NCBI GenBank assembly: GCA_963707025.1
Contig: CAVPOM010000012.1
Coordinates: 320,001 to 384,000, forward strand
Length of the DNA: 64,000 bases
Direction of reading: 5' to 3'
Source: an uncultured Verrucomicrobiae bacterium
GTDB lineage: Bacteria; Verrucomicrobiota; Verrucomicrobiia; Limisphaerales; Palsa-1400
Part shown: positions 20,698 to 30,393 of the stretch, one piece after another
How the letters are laid out: each line of letters opens with the position of its first letter
Numbering within the stretch: the first letter of the stretch is position 1
Notes under the pieces: model-generated
Seen by the model: only the letters and a program-made list of their open reading frames with translations
Told to the model about the DNA's origin: nothing
Database searches by the model: none
Translations under genes and position numbers: made by a program

Positions 20698-20753
20698 GCC
20701 AACTCCTCCATTAAATGATTTTTTGTTGGTGATATTCAACTACTTACGAAAAT

Positions 20754-20841
20754 TGGTGCCGGAGGCGGGACTCGAACCCGCACGCCATTTTACTGGCCCA
20801 GGATTTTAAGTCCTGTGCGTCTGCCATTTCGCCACTCCGGC
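20754..20841 (-). tRNA. tRNA-Leu (anticodon TAA)
   Basis: GCCGGAG acceptor stem, CAGGA-CTTAAAA-TCCTG anticodon arm, long variable arm, GGTTCGAGTCC T-loop, encoded CCA. Confidence 0.97.
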
Positions 20842-21028
20842 ACGGCCATATTTGCAGCCGCCGGCGCAACCTACCAGACGCAGCCGGCCCAGCGCAAGGA
20901 CGGGGAATTGGCGGATAGGGGGTCTGTGCGGAGCGTGGATCTGATTTGGTTAAACTAACTGCTTGGTTTTGGTCCGCGAAAGAACGCCACAGAACACCGT
21001 GAGACGCAGGGGGCCGGATGGCCCCAAG

Positions 21029-22384
21029 TCAGTTGCCGCGCCGGGCGCCGGCTGCGATCCGGCTCGCGCGACCAGGAGGCGCTACAGCGCCGCCCACGAC
21101 ACCGCCTGCGCCCTGGCCCGGCGCTCCCGCCCTGCCAGGAGCGGCCGGCGCCGCGGGCACCAAGTCGTTCATGGCGAGGGTGAGGTTGGTTTGGATGTTG
21201 GGGTAGGTCTCGGTGATCGTGCCGGTCATTTTGGACATTCTTTTGACCGCGGCGATCTCCAGCAGCGTCGGCTCCTTGCCATTGTTCATCGTCTTCATTT
21301 GCTCCTTGATTTGGGCGTCGTCCATGGCCGCCGGGCCGGATTTGCCATCCATCACCACCTGGGTTTGGGCGATGAGAAAGGAACTGCGGTTGACCCAGAC
21401 CAGCACATTCTGCAGTTTGACCGTTCCGGCCAGCACATAACAAAATTTGCCGTCCAGTTTCTCGTCCGTATTGCGCGTCCATTCCAGACCGGCTTTGCCC
21501 AAGCCCTCGCCCGTCTCCCCGATAAAAAGATCAACTATGTCGCCCACCCCCACGTTGACCCCGCCGTTAAAGCTGCTGAACAGGGCGTTGTGGGATGGCA
21601 TCCGGGTGCGGCGATTGTTGCCCTGGAGAAAATCCCCGTTGCCAGTGAACCAGCCGGTCACGGTGATGTTGCTCGCTCCCACCGGGATGGCATAATCAAT
21701 GCGAAAACTGGACGGCTTGCTCATCTTCAGCGTCAGGTCGGCGGTGACGGTTTGCGGGCCGGCCGCGGCCAGGGCCGGACTGATCGCCGACATGTCCAGG
21801 ACGGCGATGGTTTTGCCAGTGGAACTGAAACTGGGAATCTCCTTGTACACCCCGGCCACCTTTTCCATAATCTCCGAAGCGGTCAGTTCCGGCGGCGCCG
21901 GCGGCGGCGGAGGAGGCTGGTTGGCGGCGGCGATTTCGGCGGCGGACGGACCGCGCCAGGATTTCCATTTGGCCTTCAGCCAGTCCCGGTTTAAAAAAGC
22001 CGACACCCCAATCAGCGCGACCGCGGCCAGGGCGAAGATCAGGCCGGAGTAGGATTTCTTGGGTTTGCGCGCCAGGTGCGCCTGAAAAAGGGCCGAGCCT
22101 TGCTGGTCCGGCTCGACCACAGAGGCGGGGGCGTGCCCCGGCTGGGAACCCAAGGCGGAGACGGACAGTCTGGCCACCTTGGGCGGGGCGGGAGGCGGGG
22201 GCATGCCCGGAGGGGTGGCAATGGCGATGCTGGATCGGACCGGCTCGGCCGGCGGGGCGGACGGGTTGGCGGGAACCACAATCGGCGCCTGGCAGGCCGG
22301 ACAGTTAATCTGGTGGCCGACGTAATCGTCGTTGGCCGACATACGCTGTCCGCAAGCCGGACAGGCAAATTTAAAATCGCTCAT
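21029..22384 (-). CDS. Zinc-ribbon + Pro-rich + TM + LolA-like (DUF2092-type) hypothetical protein
   Basis: CPACGQ...CPACQ at the N-terminus, one TM helix, then DLTLKMSKPSSFRID...VWVNRSSFLI. Confidence 0.7.
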   Translation of the reverse strand: MSDFKFACPACGQRMSANDDYVGHQINCPACQAPIVVPANPSAPPAEPVRSSIAIATPPGMPPPPAPPKVARLSVSALGSQPGHAPASVVEPDQQGSALFQAHLARKPKKSYSGLIFALAAVALIGVSAFLNRDWLKAKWKSWRGPSAAEIAAANQPPPPPPAPPELTASEIMEKVAGVYKEIPSFSSTGKTIAVLDMSAISPALAAAGPQTVTADLTLKMSKPSSFRIDYAIPVGASNITVTGWFTGNGDFLQGNNRRTRMPSHNALFSSFNGGVNVGVGDIVDLFIGETGEGLGKAGLEWTRNTDEKLDGKFCYVLAGTVKLQNVLVWVNRSSFLIAQTQVVMDGKSGPAAMDDAQIKEQMKTMNNGKEPTLLEIAAVKRMSKMTGTITETYPNIQTNLTLAMNDLVPAAPAAPGRAGAPGQGAGGVVGGAVAPPGRASRIAAGARRGN

Positions 22385-22574
22385 AGTTCAAGCCACCACC
22401 ATGAGACCTGGGCCGCAATCGGTTCCCTCTGGTTTCGGGGTGAGAGGTGCGTGCATATGAAACTCGTTTTCGCGCCGCATTGCAAGTCTGCTCTCCAGGA
22501 CAATGGTTCTTCGCTGGTTTCAGTGGATTGCTTCCGCCAGGACAACCGCTGGAAGCAGCGCAGGGTCCGCTCGC

Positions 22575-22743
22575 GACCATTGCTCGGAAACAGCCGTTAC
22601 ATCGTTACACACATTGGGTATGACGGTGAAGTCAAGCGGAAGGGGACCATTGCTCCGTTACAGCCGTTACATCGTTACACCTGTTGCACCACAAGCACTT
22701 ACGCATTTTAGAGCCGTTACACCCCCGTTACATGCCGTTACAT
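22575..22743 (-). repeat. Third TGTAACGG-array/core unit, inverted, with a partial upstream duplicate
   Basis: Minus strand reads TGTAACGG x3, CGTAAGTGCTTGTGGTGCAAC, TGTAACG x3. A ~35 bp stretch at 22575 recurs at 22645. Confidence 0.8.
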
Positions 22744-22910
22744 CTTCGGAGGTGTTAAAACACCCGTGCTTTGTCCAATATTGCCGGTAACCCCTTCCAG
22801 CGCTGCCGTTTCCATGAGGACGGCCAGGCGGCGCTCGTGCTGCACGGCCGCCAGTTCAGCCCGCGCCTCACCTCCCTGCCGTCGCCCACCATCGCGGCCA
22901 GGGGAATGGG

Positions 22911-23005
22911 AAATTATAAATTATAAAGGATAAATTATGAATGAAGGAATGCGCGGAGGGGAGGGGGGTGACGGGAAAGGCAAAATGATAAATGATAAAT
23001 GGCAA
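22911..23005 (+). repeat. AT-rich heptamer runs
   Basis: AAATTAT AAATTAT AAAGGAT AAATTAT GAATGAA and AAATGAT AAATGAT AAATGGC. Confidence 0.6.
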
Positions 23006-23200
23006 GAAGGCTGGCGCAAGGGCAGTGGGGCGCGGTTTCTCAGGGCGGTCGCATCGCGCGGGCGTCATGGTGAGAGGGCATACCGGGCCTTTATAGACCC
23101 ATCTATAACCAAATGATTTACAGGCTATTACGCATTTTATTGGACAAAACCATGGTCTGACTCCTTTGATAAAATATGACAATACCATTAACTGACCCCT

Positions 23201-23542
23201 TTATATGGGCAGGCGCAACGGGGCGTCGCCAGACGGTTCAACCCGGTTGTGTGCCTCTCAGTCCATCGCAAGGCCCGCATCGGCAACCCGGATATGGCGC
23301 GGGCCACAACCAATCATGCGGAGAGAACGAATCTATCTGTGCGCCTCTTTAATCGCCGGTTCACCCGCAAGACGATGGGATTCAGCCGGAAACTGGCAAA
23401 TCACCGCTGGTCGGTCATCCTGCAATCGGCGCACTTCAACTTTTGCCGGGTCCATTCTGCCCACAGGCAAACCCCGGCAATGGCTCTTGGACTGGCGGAC
23501 CATGTTTGGACGGTGGAGGAATTGCTGGGCACTCCGGTCTAA
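23201..23542 (+). pseudogene. IS1-family-like transposase, C-terminal remnant
   Basis: LYG...RRFNP..C...GNPD...TTNHAERTNLSVRLFNRRFTRKTMGFS...HFNFCRVH...TPAMALGLADHVWTVEELL. No N-terminal half. Confidence 0.8.
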
Positions 23543-23559
23543 AACGAATCGCCGTACAT

Positions 23560-24189
23560 TTAAACAGCCACCGGCAATCCCCTTTGCGGACATTCATCCT
23601 CATTGTCAGCTTGCAGGGAAACAACGCGATTAGACATCTCCATTTCTTTTGCGCGAGCAACGGCAAACGCCCGTTGTATTGCAACTTTAACACCCATATT
23701 TGCGGCATTCACGCTAATGCTCACGAGGGAATATAAAGAGGAAATCCACACAATGAGAAAGAAGATAGGGGAAATCAGAAGCATGTGTCGGAAAAAAAGC
23801 AAATCTCGCTCCATTTGAATCTGTCGGAGTTTGTTTTTAAGATTCTCGTCAGCAATAGCGGCGATTTCAATATCAACCTTCGGCGTAAAGGACTTTAGTT
23901 CAATGCCGAGAAGTTTAGAGATCAGCATGGATAGCCAAAAGTGGGAAAATGTGATACGGTGAGCAAATCGAATGCGAGCATTCAGGCTCTGACGCAAAGC
24001 GATGTAAGCTGGAGAATTGAAATTAAGCCCCATTTCCTTTCTCGCCGCCATTTCAAACAAACGATTCCTGACCGGAAAAAGTGATTGGCGGAGCAGGTCC
24101 ACAGCATACCCCTTCCAGCCATACTGCCACAAAACCCACAGCATGAGCAGCCCGAAACATGAATAAAATTGTGTCAGAGCTTCGTTCAT
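23560..24189 (-). CDS. Low-GC hypothetical membrane protein
   Basis: 209-aa ORF from MNEALTQ with 2-3 hydrophobic segments, AT-rich relative to the window. Confidence 0.7.
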   Translation of the reverse strand: MNEALTQFYSCFGLLMLWVLWQYGWKGYAVDLLRQSLFPVRNRLFEMAARKEMGLNFNSPAYIALRQSLNARIRFAHRITFSHFWLSMLISKLLGIELKSFTPKVDIEIAAIADENLKNKLRQIQMERDLLFFRHMLLISPIFFLIVWISSLYSLVSISVNAANMGVKVAIQRAFAVARAKEMEMSNRVVSLQADNEDECPQRGLPVAV

Positions 24190-24282
24190 AATCTGCTTAA
24201 TTGAGGGGGTCCCCAAAAACTAGACCACTGCTGAAGAAGATAGACTTTTGTTGGTCTGCTGGAAATGAGAGAAAGCAGACTG

Positions 24283-24573
24283 ATGAAAACAAAACGGAAG
24301 CGGCACAGTGCGGCCTTCAAGGCCAAAGTGGGATTCGAAGCCCTGGTGGGGCTTAAGACGGTCGCGCAGCTGGCGCGAGAGTACGCGGTGCATCCGACCC
24401 AGGTCACGCAATGGAAAGCGACGATTCGCGACCGGTTGCCCGACCTGTTTGAGGCGGGGCATGCGGGCAGCGCAGACCAGGAGGAGTTGATCGGGCAATT
24501 GCACCAGAAGATCGGGCAGTTGACGGTGGACCTGGACTGGCTGAAAAAAAAATCCAAACAACTGGGCCTTTAA
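24283..24573 (+). CDS. IS3 OrfA (HTH)
   Basis: RKRHSAAFKAKV...LAREYAVHPTQVTQWK. A9 slippery run at 24544-24552. Confidence 0.93.
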   Translation: MKTKRKRHSAAFKAKVGFEALVGLKTVAQLAREYAVHPTQVTQWKATIRDRLPDLFEAGHAGSADQEELIGQLHQKIGQLTVDLDWLKKKSKQLGL

Positions 24574-24587
24574 AGAGCCTGGCGGAG

Positions 24588-25661
24588 TTGGTCGGCCCGG
24601 ATGCGCAGGTGAGCGTGCGGCATCAGTGCGACCTGCTGGATTTATGCCGGAGCAGTTACTATTACCAACCGTGCCCCGAGACGCCGGAGAATCTGGCGCT
24701 GATGCGGCGTTTGGACCAGTTGCACTTGGACCATCCGGTCTATGGCAGCCGCAAGTTGCGGGTGCTGTTGGGCCGGGAGGGCTGGGAAGTCAATCGCAAG
24801 CGGGTGGTGCGGCTGTTGCGGGTCATGGGCATCGAGGCCATCTACCGCAAACCCCGGACCAGCCTGCCGGGGCCGGGCCATCAGATCTATCCGTATCTGT
24901 TGGGCGAGTTGGAGATCACCGGGCCCGATCAGGCTTGGTGCGCGGACATCACCTATGTGCCGATGGCACAGGGGTTTATGTATCTGGTGGCGGTGATGGA
25001 TTGGTGGAGCCGGTATGTGCTGGCGTGGCGCTTGAGCAACACGTTGGAGAGCGCCTTCTGCGTGGACGCCTGGGAAGCGGCGCTGCAGAGCGGGCGGAAG
25101 GCCCCGCTGATCGCCAACACCGACCAGGGGTCGCAGTTCACTTCGCCGCTGTATATCAACGCGGTGGAATCGGCGGGGGTGGACGTGAGCATGGATGGCC
25201 GGGGGCGGTGGATGGACAACCGGTTTATCGAGCGGTTGTGGCGGAGCGTCAAGCATGAGGACATATATCTGCAAGATTACCTGGACGGGATCGAGGCCGG
25301 GCGCGGGCTGGCGCGCTGGTTTGAGGATTACAACCGGTTGCGTCCGCACGCGGCTTTGCACTATGCGACGCCCGCGGCCGTGTATTCTGATCCCGGGGCC
25401 TACGGAGCCCAACCGGCCCGATGGGAAGCGATGCAGCCCAAGGAGGGGCTCGGCAGGCCGGAAAAACTTGAAATCAGACCGCCTGCGGCGGTAAGGTTGG
25501 AAACCCTAAGAAAACGGAGAGGGAGGACGGGCGGTGCCAGGCGCGGCTCGTTCTCTCTTTCGGAAAGGGTTTGGAAGCGCGGAATGAACAACAGACAAAC
25601 AAAAATACAAATGACAGCGGACCTCCAGAGTCTATCTTATTCTCCGCGCTCCGTGGTCTAA
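24588..25661 (+). CDS. IS3 OrfB DDE transposase, in the -1 frame relative to OrfA
   Basis: WCADITY, NTDQGSQF, DNRFIERLWRSVKHE. The frame is open back to the A9 run. Confidence 0.93.
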   Translation: MVGPDAQVSVRHQCDLLDLCRSSYYYQPCPETPENLALMRRLDQLHLDHPVYGSRKLRVLLGREGWEVNRKRVVRLLRVMGIEAIYRKPRTSLPGPGHQIYPYLLGELEITGPDQAWCADITYVPMAQGFMYLVAVMDWWSRYVLAWRLSNTLESAFCVDAWEAALQSGRKAPLIANTDQGSQFTSPLYINAVESAGVDVSMDGRGRWMDNRFIERLWRSVKHEDIYLQDYLDGIEAGRGLARWFEDYNRLRPHAALHYATPAAVYSDPGAYGAQPARWEAMQPKEGLGRPEKLEIRPPAAVRLETLRKRRGRTGGARRGSFSLSERVWKRGMNNRQTKIQMTADLQSLSYSPRSVV

Positions 25662-25679
25662 AGGATGGGGTCCACCTCA

Positions 25680-25926
25680 GATTACGCGGGTCAGCGGCGG
25701 CCATTCTGTTGTTGGCGTTGGCATTTTCGTACACGTCAAATGCGGCTAATCCAGAGCCTATGACAATCTCAAAAACAATTCCGGCCATTAAAAGCCTCCA
25801 GCCAACTGCTGCCTTTTTCCGTAATTCAGGAGGTAAATGTTCTTCCTTTTTGGCTTCCTCATCGGCTTCCTTTTCAATCCAAAGCCCTAAAAACACAATT
25901 GCACCTCCCATACTAGCCAACATCGG
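25680..25926 (-). pseudogene. Fragment of a low-GC two-TM protein gene trapped between two IS3 right ends
   Basis: PMLASMGGAIVFLGLWIEK...GWRLLMAGIVFEIVIG...DPRN, cut at both ends by IS termini. Confidence 0.65.
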
Positions 25927-26164
25927 TGAGGTGGACCCCATCCTTTAGACCACGGAGCGCATGAAATAAGCGCGACTTTTGCCGATTGCTGTCATTACTA
26001 ATTGTAGTTGACTACTGTTCATTCCGTGTTTCAAAACCCTTTCGAAAAGAGAGAACGAGCGATGCGGAGCACTGCCCGTCCTCCCTCTCCGTTTTCTTAG
26101 GGTTCTCAACTCTACCGCCGCAGGCGGTCTGATTTCAAGCCTTTTCCTGCCGCCTGCCTCTCTG

Positions 26165-27019
26165 TCAAGTGCTGCGATCGCTCCTGCCTCTGGCAGGTTG
26201 CATCGCTTCCCATTTGGCCGGTTGGGCTCCATGCGTGCCGGGATCAAAATACGCGTCCGCCGGCGTCGCATAGCCCAACGCCTGGTGCGGTCGTTCCCGG
26301 TTGTAGCCGTCAAACCACCGGCCCAGTCCGCGCCCTGCCGCCAACCCGTCGCCATAGTCTTGCAAATAAATGTCCTCATACTTGGCGCTCCGCCACAGCC
26401 GCTCGATAAACCGGTTGTCCATCCAGCGACCCCGTCCGTCCATGCTCACGTCCACCCCCGCCGATTCCACCGCATCGATAAACATCGGGGAGGTGAACTG
26501 CGATCCCTGGTCGGTATTGGAAATCAACGGCGCCTGACGCCCCGCCCGCAACGCCGCCTCCCAAGCGTCCACACAAAAGTCCGCCTCCAACGTGTTGCTC
26601 AAGCGCCATCCCAGCACGTAACGACTCCACCAATCCATCACCGCCACCAAATACATAAACCCAGTTGCCATAGGCACATACGTAATGTCCGAACACCAAA
26701 CCTGATCCGGTCCCGTCACTGCCAAATTGCGTAACAGATACGGATAAATCTGGTGCCCCATCTCCCGCAGACTCGTCTTGGGCTTGGCGTAAATCGCCTC
26801 GATCCCCATCAACCGCAGCAGCCGCACCACCCGTTTGCGATTGATGGTCAAACCCTCCCGGCGCAACAGCACGGTCAGTTTGCGGCTGCCATAAACCGGG
26901 TGGTCCAAATGCATCTGGTCCAACCGCCGCATCAGCGCCAGGTTCTCCTCTGTCTCCGGACAGCACTGGTAATAATAACTGCCACGGCACACCGCCAGCA
27001 GCTCGCACTGGCGCCGCAC
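26165..27019 (-). CDS. IS3 OrfB DDE transposase (type B)
   Basis: WCSDITY, NTDQGSQF, DNRFIERLWRSAKYE. Confidence 0.93.
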   Translation of the reverse strand: MRRQCELLAVCRGSYYYQCCPETEENLALMRRLDQMHLDHPVYGSRKLTVLLRREGLTINRKRVVRLLRLMGIEAIYAKPKTSLREMGHQIYPYLLRNLAVTGPDQVWCSDITYVPMATGFMYLVAVMDWWSRYVLGWRLSNTLEADFCVDAWEAALRAGRQAPLISNTDQGSQFTSPMFIDAVESAGVDVSMDGRGRWMDNRFIERLWRSAKYEDIYLQDYGDGLAAGRGLGRWFDGYNRERPHQALGYATPADAYFDPGTHGAQPAKWEAMQPARGRSDRST

Positions 27020-27051
27020 GCTGAGCTGCGGATCGGGAGCGATTAAACATG

Positions 27052-27342
27052 TTAAAGCCCCAGTTGCCTGGACTTTTTTTTAAGCCAGTCCAAGTCCACC
27101 GTCAGTTGGCCAATCTTCTCATGCAGTTGGGCAATCAACTGTTCCTGATCCTCCGTGCGGGGTTGCCCGGGCTCAAACAATTCGGGCATGTGATCCCGAA
27201 TCGTCGCCCGCCACTGCGTGACCTGCGCCGGATGCACCGCATACTCTCGCGCCAATTGCGCGACCGTCTTCAGCCCCACCAGGGCTTCGAATCCCACTTT
27301 GGCCTTGAAGGCCGCACTGTGTCTTTTCCGTTTTGCTTTCAT
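27052..27342 (-). CDS. IS3 OrfA (type B)
   Basis: MKAKRKRHSAAFKAKV...LKKKSRQLGL. Confidence 0.93.
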   Translation of the reverse strand: MKAKRKRHSAAFKAKVGFEALVGLKTVAQLAREYAVHPAQVTQWRATIRDHMPELFEPGQPRTEDQEQLIAQLHEKIGQLTVDLDWLKKKSRQLGL

Positions 27343-27956
27343 AAGTCTGCTCTTTCTTATCTACAGCAAACCGGCAAAAATCGAAACTTACCTGTGGTCT
27401 AAAAATAGGGGTCCAGCTCACCTCACTTACCTGCCCTTTAAAGGTCTTAGCCTTTTTACTTTTAAGTTCAATCAAAATGCTTGGGCTAAGCTTGTCCAAA
27501 AATGACCGTAATCGTTCATCAACCGGTTTTGGCTTCTGTTTGTCCAGAAGTTCTTTAGCCCCTTCCGATGTTTTTGTGGCGATTGCAAGATCGTTTGTGG
27601 CTTCGTTGTATTTAGATTCTAATGCAACTACTTTGTTTGATTCAATAACAAATGCCGCATCCGCCGCTTTTTTTGTTGATGCCAATTCCTCGGACTGTAA
27701 AAGAGATAGACGATGGTTCATTTTGGCGTCGGCAACCCATCCAAGAGCTGAGGTGGACCCCATCCTTTAGACCACGGAGCGCGGAGAATAAGATAGACTC
27801 TGGAGGTCCGCTGTCATTTGTATTTTTGTTTGTCTGTTGTTCATTCCGCGCTTCCAAACCCTTTCGAAAAGAGAGAACGAGCCGCGCCTGGCACCGCCCG
27901 TCCTCCCTCTCCGTTTTCTTAGGGTTTCCAACCTTACCGCCGCAGGCGGTCTGATT

Positions 27957-28838
27957 TCAAGTTTTTCCGGCCAGCCGAGCCCTCCTTGGGCTGCATCGCT
28001 TCCCATCGGGCCGGTTGGCTCCGTAGGCCCCGGGATCAGAATACACGGCCGCGGGCGTCGCATAGTGCAAAGCCGCGTGCGGACGCAACCGGTTGTAATC
28101 CTCAAACCAGCGCGCCAGCCCGCGCCCGGCCTCGATCCCGTCCAGGTAATCTTGCAGATATATGTCCTCATGCTTGACGCTCCGCCACAACCGCTCGATA
28201 AACCGGTTGTCCATCCACCGCCCCCGGCCATCCATGCTCACGTCCACCCCCGCCGATTCCACCGCGTCGATATACAGCGGCGAAGTGAACTGCGACCCCT
28301 GGTCGGTGTTGGCGATCAGCGGGGCCTTCCGCCCGCTCTGCAGCGCCGCTTCCCAGGCGTCCACGCAGAAGGCGCTCTCCAACGTGTTGCTCAAGCGCCA
28401 CGCCAGCACATACCGGCTCCACCAATCCATCACCGCCACCAGATACATAAACCCCTGTGCCATCGGCACATAGGTGATGTCCGCGCACCAAGCCTGATCG
28501 GGCCCGGTGATCTCCAACTCGCCCAACAGATACGGATAGATCTGATGGCCCGGCCCCGGCAGGCTGGTCCGGGGTTTGCGGTAGATGGCCTCGATGCCCA
28601 TGACCCGCAACAGCCGCACCACCCGCTTGCGATTGACTTCCCAGCCCTCCCGGCCCAACAGCACCCGCAACTTGCGGCTGCCATAGACCGGATGGTCCAA
28701 GTGCAACTGGTCCAAACGCCGCATCAGCGCCAGATTCTCCGGCGTCTCGGGGCACGGTTGGTAATAGTAACTGCTCCGGCATAAATCCAGCAGGTCGCAC
28801 TGATGCCGCACGCTCACCTGCGCATCCGGGCCGACCAA
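27957..28838 (-). CDS. IS3 OrfB DDE transposase
   Basis: Near-identical to the copy 1 OrfB. Confidence 0.92.
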   Translation of the reverse strand: MVGPDAQVSVRHQCDLLDLCRSSYYYQPCPETPENLALMRRLDQLHLDHPVYGSRKLRVLLGREGWEVNRKRVVRLLRVMGIEAIYRKPRTSLPGPGHQIYPYLLGELEITGPDQAWCADITYVPMAQGFMYLVAVMDWWSRYVLAWRLSNTLESAFCVDAWEAALQSGRKAPLIANTDQGSQFTSPLYIDAVESAGVDVSMDGRGRWMDNRFIERLWRSVKHEDIYLQDYLDGIEAGRGLARWFEDYNRLRPHAALHYATPAAVYSDPGAYGANRPDGKRCSPRRARLAGKT

Positions 28839-28852
28839 CTCCGCCAGGCTCT

Positions 28853-29143
28853 TTAAAGGCCCAGTTGTTTGGATTTTTTTTTCAGCCAGTCCAGGTCCAC
28901 CGTCAACTGCCCGATCTTCTGGTGCAATTGCCCGATCAACTCCTCCTGGTCTGCGCTGCCCGCATGCCCCGCCTCAAACAGGTCGGGCAACCGGTCGCGA
29001 ATCGTCGCTTTCCATTGCGTGACCTGGGTCGGATGCACCGCGTACTCTCGCGCCAGCTGCGCGACCGTCTTAAGCCCCACCAGGGCTTCGAATCCCACTT
29101 TGGCCTTGAAGGCCGCACTGTGCCGCTTCCGTTTTGTTTTCAT
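28853..29143 (-). CDS. IS3 OrfA
   Basis: Identical to the copy 1 OrfA. Confidence 0.92.
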   Translation of the reverse strand: MKTKRKRHSAAFKAKVGFEALVGLKTVAQLAREYAVHPTQVTQWKATIRDRLPDLFEAGHAGSADQEELIGQLHQKIGQLTVDLDWLKKKSKQLGL

Positions 29144-29631
29144 CAGTCTGCTTTCTCTCATTTCCAGCAGACCAACAAAAGTCTATCTTCTTCAGCAGTG
29201 GTCTAGTTTTTGGGGACCCCCTCAAGCCGCAACTAGTACGAGCCAAATACTTAATTGTCCAAGAACTTGTCCGCGTTTCTCCGGAACCGCCTTATACCAA
29301 ACCACAATCCCGATGATTCCAATTACAACCTCAAGACCCGGCACGAAATAATCGGTAAAATTAACAACGTGCTCGATTTGAGGGACAGAATCCCAAATTA
29401 AGAATGAAGTTAGCATTTGTTATATCCCAAATTCTTGTGGTCGCTTTAGCCATGTACTTGCTTGGTCGCTATCACCGAACAAGAAAAAGCCGAAAATAGC
29501 TCATTTGACATCCTCAAAATGTGTGCAATGTTCCAATCGCTTTGGGTGCGTAAGTTAATTGGCAAGCTCCGCGTTGCTTACAATCGCGGTTTGGGCGTCC
29601 GAGGCTCATCGCATCCACTTTTTGAACCTGA

Positions 29632-29812
29632 TTATGAGCCTTTTTTACTGCCTCTTTCCGCTTCAAGCAAGGTTTTTCGTATCCAGTCGGACTTGCTCTG
29701 CCGCGCCTGGCGGATTGCCTCGTTGAGTTGCCTTTCCTCTGGCGGGGTGAGCGGGACGGAAACGAAAGCACGCTTCGCATTTAGCCCGGCAATTTTCGGT
29801 CTCCTTCCGGCT
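29632..29812 (-). pseudogene. Possible small ribbon-helix-helix-like protein remnant
   Basis: GRRPKIAGLNAKRAFVSVPLTPPEERQLNEAIRQARQSKSDWIRKTLLEA, with no in-frame start. Confidence 0.35.
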
Positions 29813-29883
29813 CCCGTTCAAGCTGGGCGGGGGCCATTTTTGTTGCCAGATGCCAAGCGGGCGCATCTTGACCCTGCTGCCTG

Positions 29884-29985
29884 GGAGTGCGGCCGTCCTC
29901 GGCCGCAGCAAGCCAGGGCTTGTTTGGGTGCTCAGGAAAATCACCGCCGCGCCGTGTTTCCCAGGCTGCTGCGCCCGAGGACGGG
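29884..29985. repeat. Inverted pair of REP-like palindromes; the second is split by the IS4 element
   Basis: GGAGTGCGGCCGTCCTCGGCCGCAGC (29884-29909) versus the reconstituted GCTGCGCCCGAGGACGGGCGCACTCC (29968-29985 plus 31901-31908). Confidence 0.75.
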
Positions 29986-29994
29986 GAATGGCGC

Positions 29995-30342
29995 TTAAAT
30001 AAGACCTAAAACTTTCTTACCCAGCCTCTTACGACGCGGGGGATGCGGGATGGTTTCAAACAAGACCTGACGGCTCAAGCGTTGCATGGCTTTGATGGTG
30101 GCTTGCACCTCCCGCCACTCGGCAATGGCGTCATGGAGCCACTCATATTGTTCTTTGGAGAGAGCGACACTGACCGTTTTGCCTTTGACCTTGCGGGTCC
30201 ACTGATAACAAAGGCCGCCTGCTCCGGGGCCGCGGTCTTGCACGTAGCCCTCGCTGATCCAGCCGGTTCTGGCCAGCCGGTCGCGTAATTGGGCGTATTG
30301 GGCCTGCCATTGGGCTGGCCGGGTTGTTTTGTGAGTCGGCAT
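29995..30342 (-). CDS. IS accessory protein, DUF6788-like
   Basis: CYQWTRKVKGKTVSVALSKEQYEWL..AI. The stop codon lies inside the left IR. Confidence 0.8.
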   Translation of the reverse strand: MPTHKTTRPAQWQAQYAQLRDRLARTGWISEGYVQDRGPGAGGLCYQWTRKVKGKTVSVALSKEQYEWLHDAIAEWREVQATIKAMQRLSRQVLFETIPHPPRRKRLGKKVLGLI

Positions 30343-30367
30343 AAAGAAAAGAGTAGCAGACGTGTCA

Positions 30368-30393
30368 ATAAGGCGGTATATATACCGCCTTAT
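30368..30393. promoter_or_regulatory. Perfect 26-bp palindrome overlapping the transposase start
   Basis: ATAAGGCGGTATA|TATACCGCCTTAT. Confidence 0.7.

Larger units (their letters stand above)
24202..25679 (+). mobile_element. IS3-family element, type A copy 1, no target duplication
   Basis: IRL TGAGGGGGTCCCCAAAAACTAGACCAC, IRR GTGGTCTAAAGGATGGGGTCCACCTCA, orfA/orfB. Flanks are AAT and GAT. Confidence 0.95.
25927..27420 (-). mobile_element. IS3-family element, type B (diverged relative of type A), no target duplication
   Basis: IRL TGAGCTGGACCCCTATTTTTAGACCAC. IRR identical to type A over 34 nt. A-AAA-AAG slippery site. Flanks are CGG and CCT. Confidence 0.95.
27749..29224 (-). mobile_element. 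IS3-family element, type A copy 2, with AGC target duplication
   Basis: Same IRs as copy 1. AGC at 27746-27748 and 29225-29227. Confidence 0.96.
27421..29416 (-). pseudogene. Low-GC two-TM/coiled-coil protein gene split by IS3 copy 2 and truncated by the type B element
   Basis: 29416-29225 (MLTSFL...WLVLVAA) rejoins in frame to 27745-27421 (LGWVADAKM...KGQVSE) once the IS and one AGC are removed. Confidence 0.8.

Noticed and set aside
23150..23205. Two CTGAC(C/T)CCTTT motifs as remnant transposon ends
   Set aside because: Too short, with no associated transposase, to support a call.
24544..24552. A9 run as a sequencing error or phase-variable tract
   Set aside because: It is the same in all type A copies and fits the known IS3 -1 programmed frameshift.
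24202..29224. Integron-like cassette array
   Set aside because: The repeats are full IS3 elements and the spacers are broken genes. No attC sites or integrase are present.
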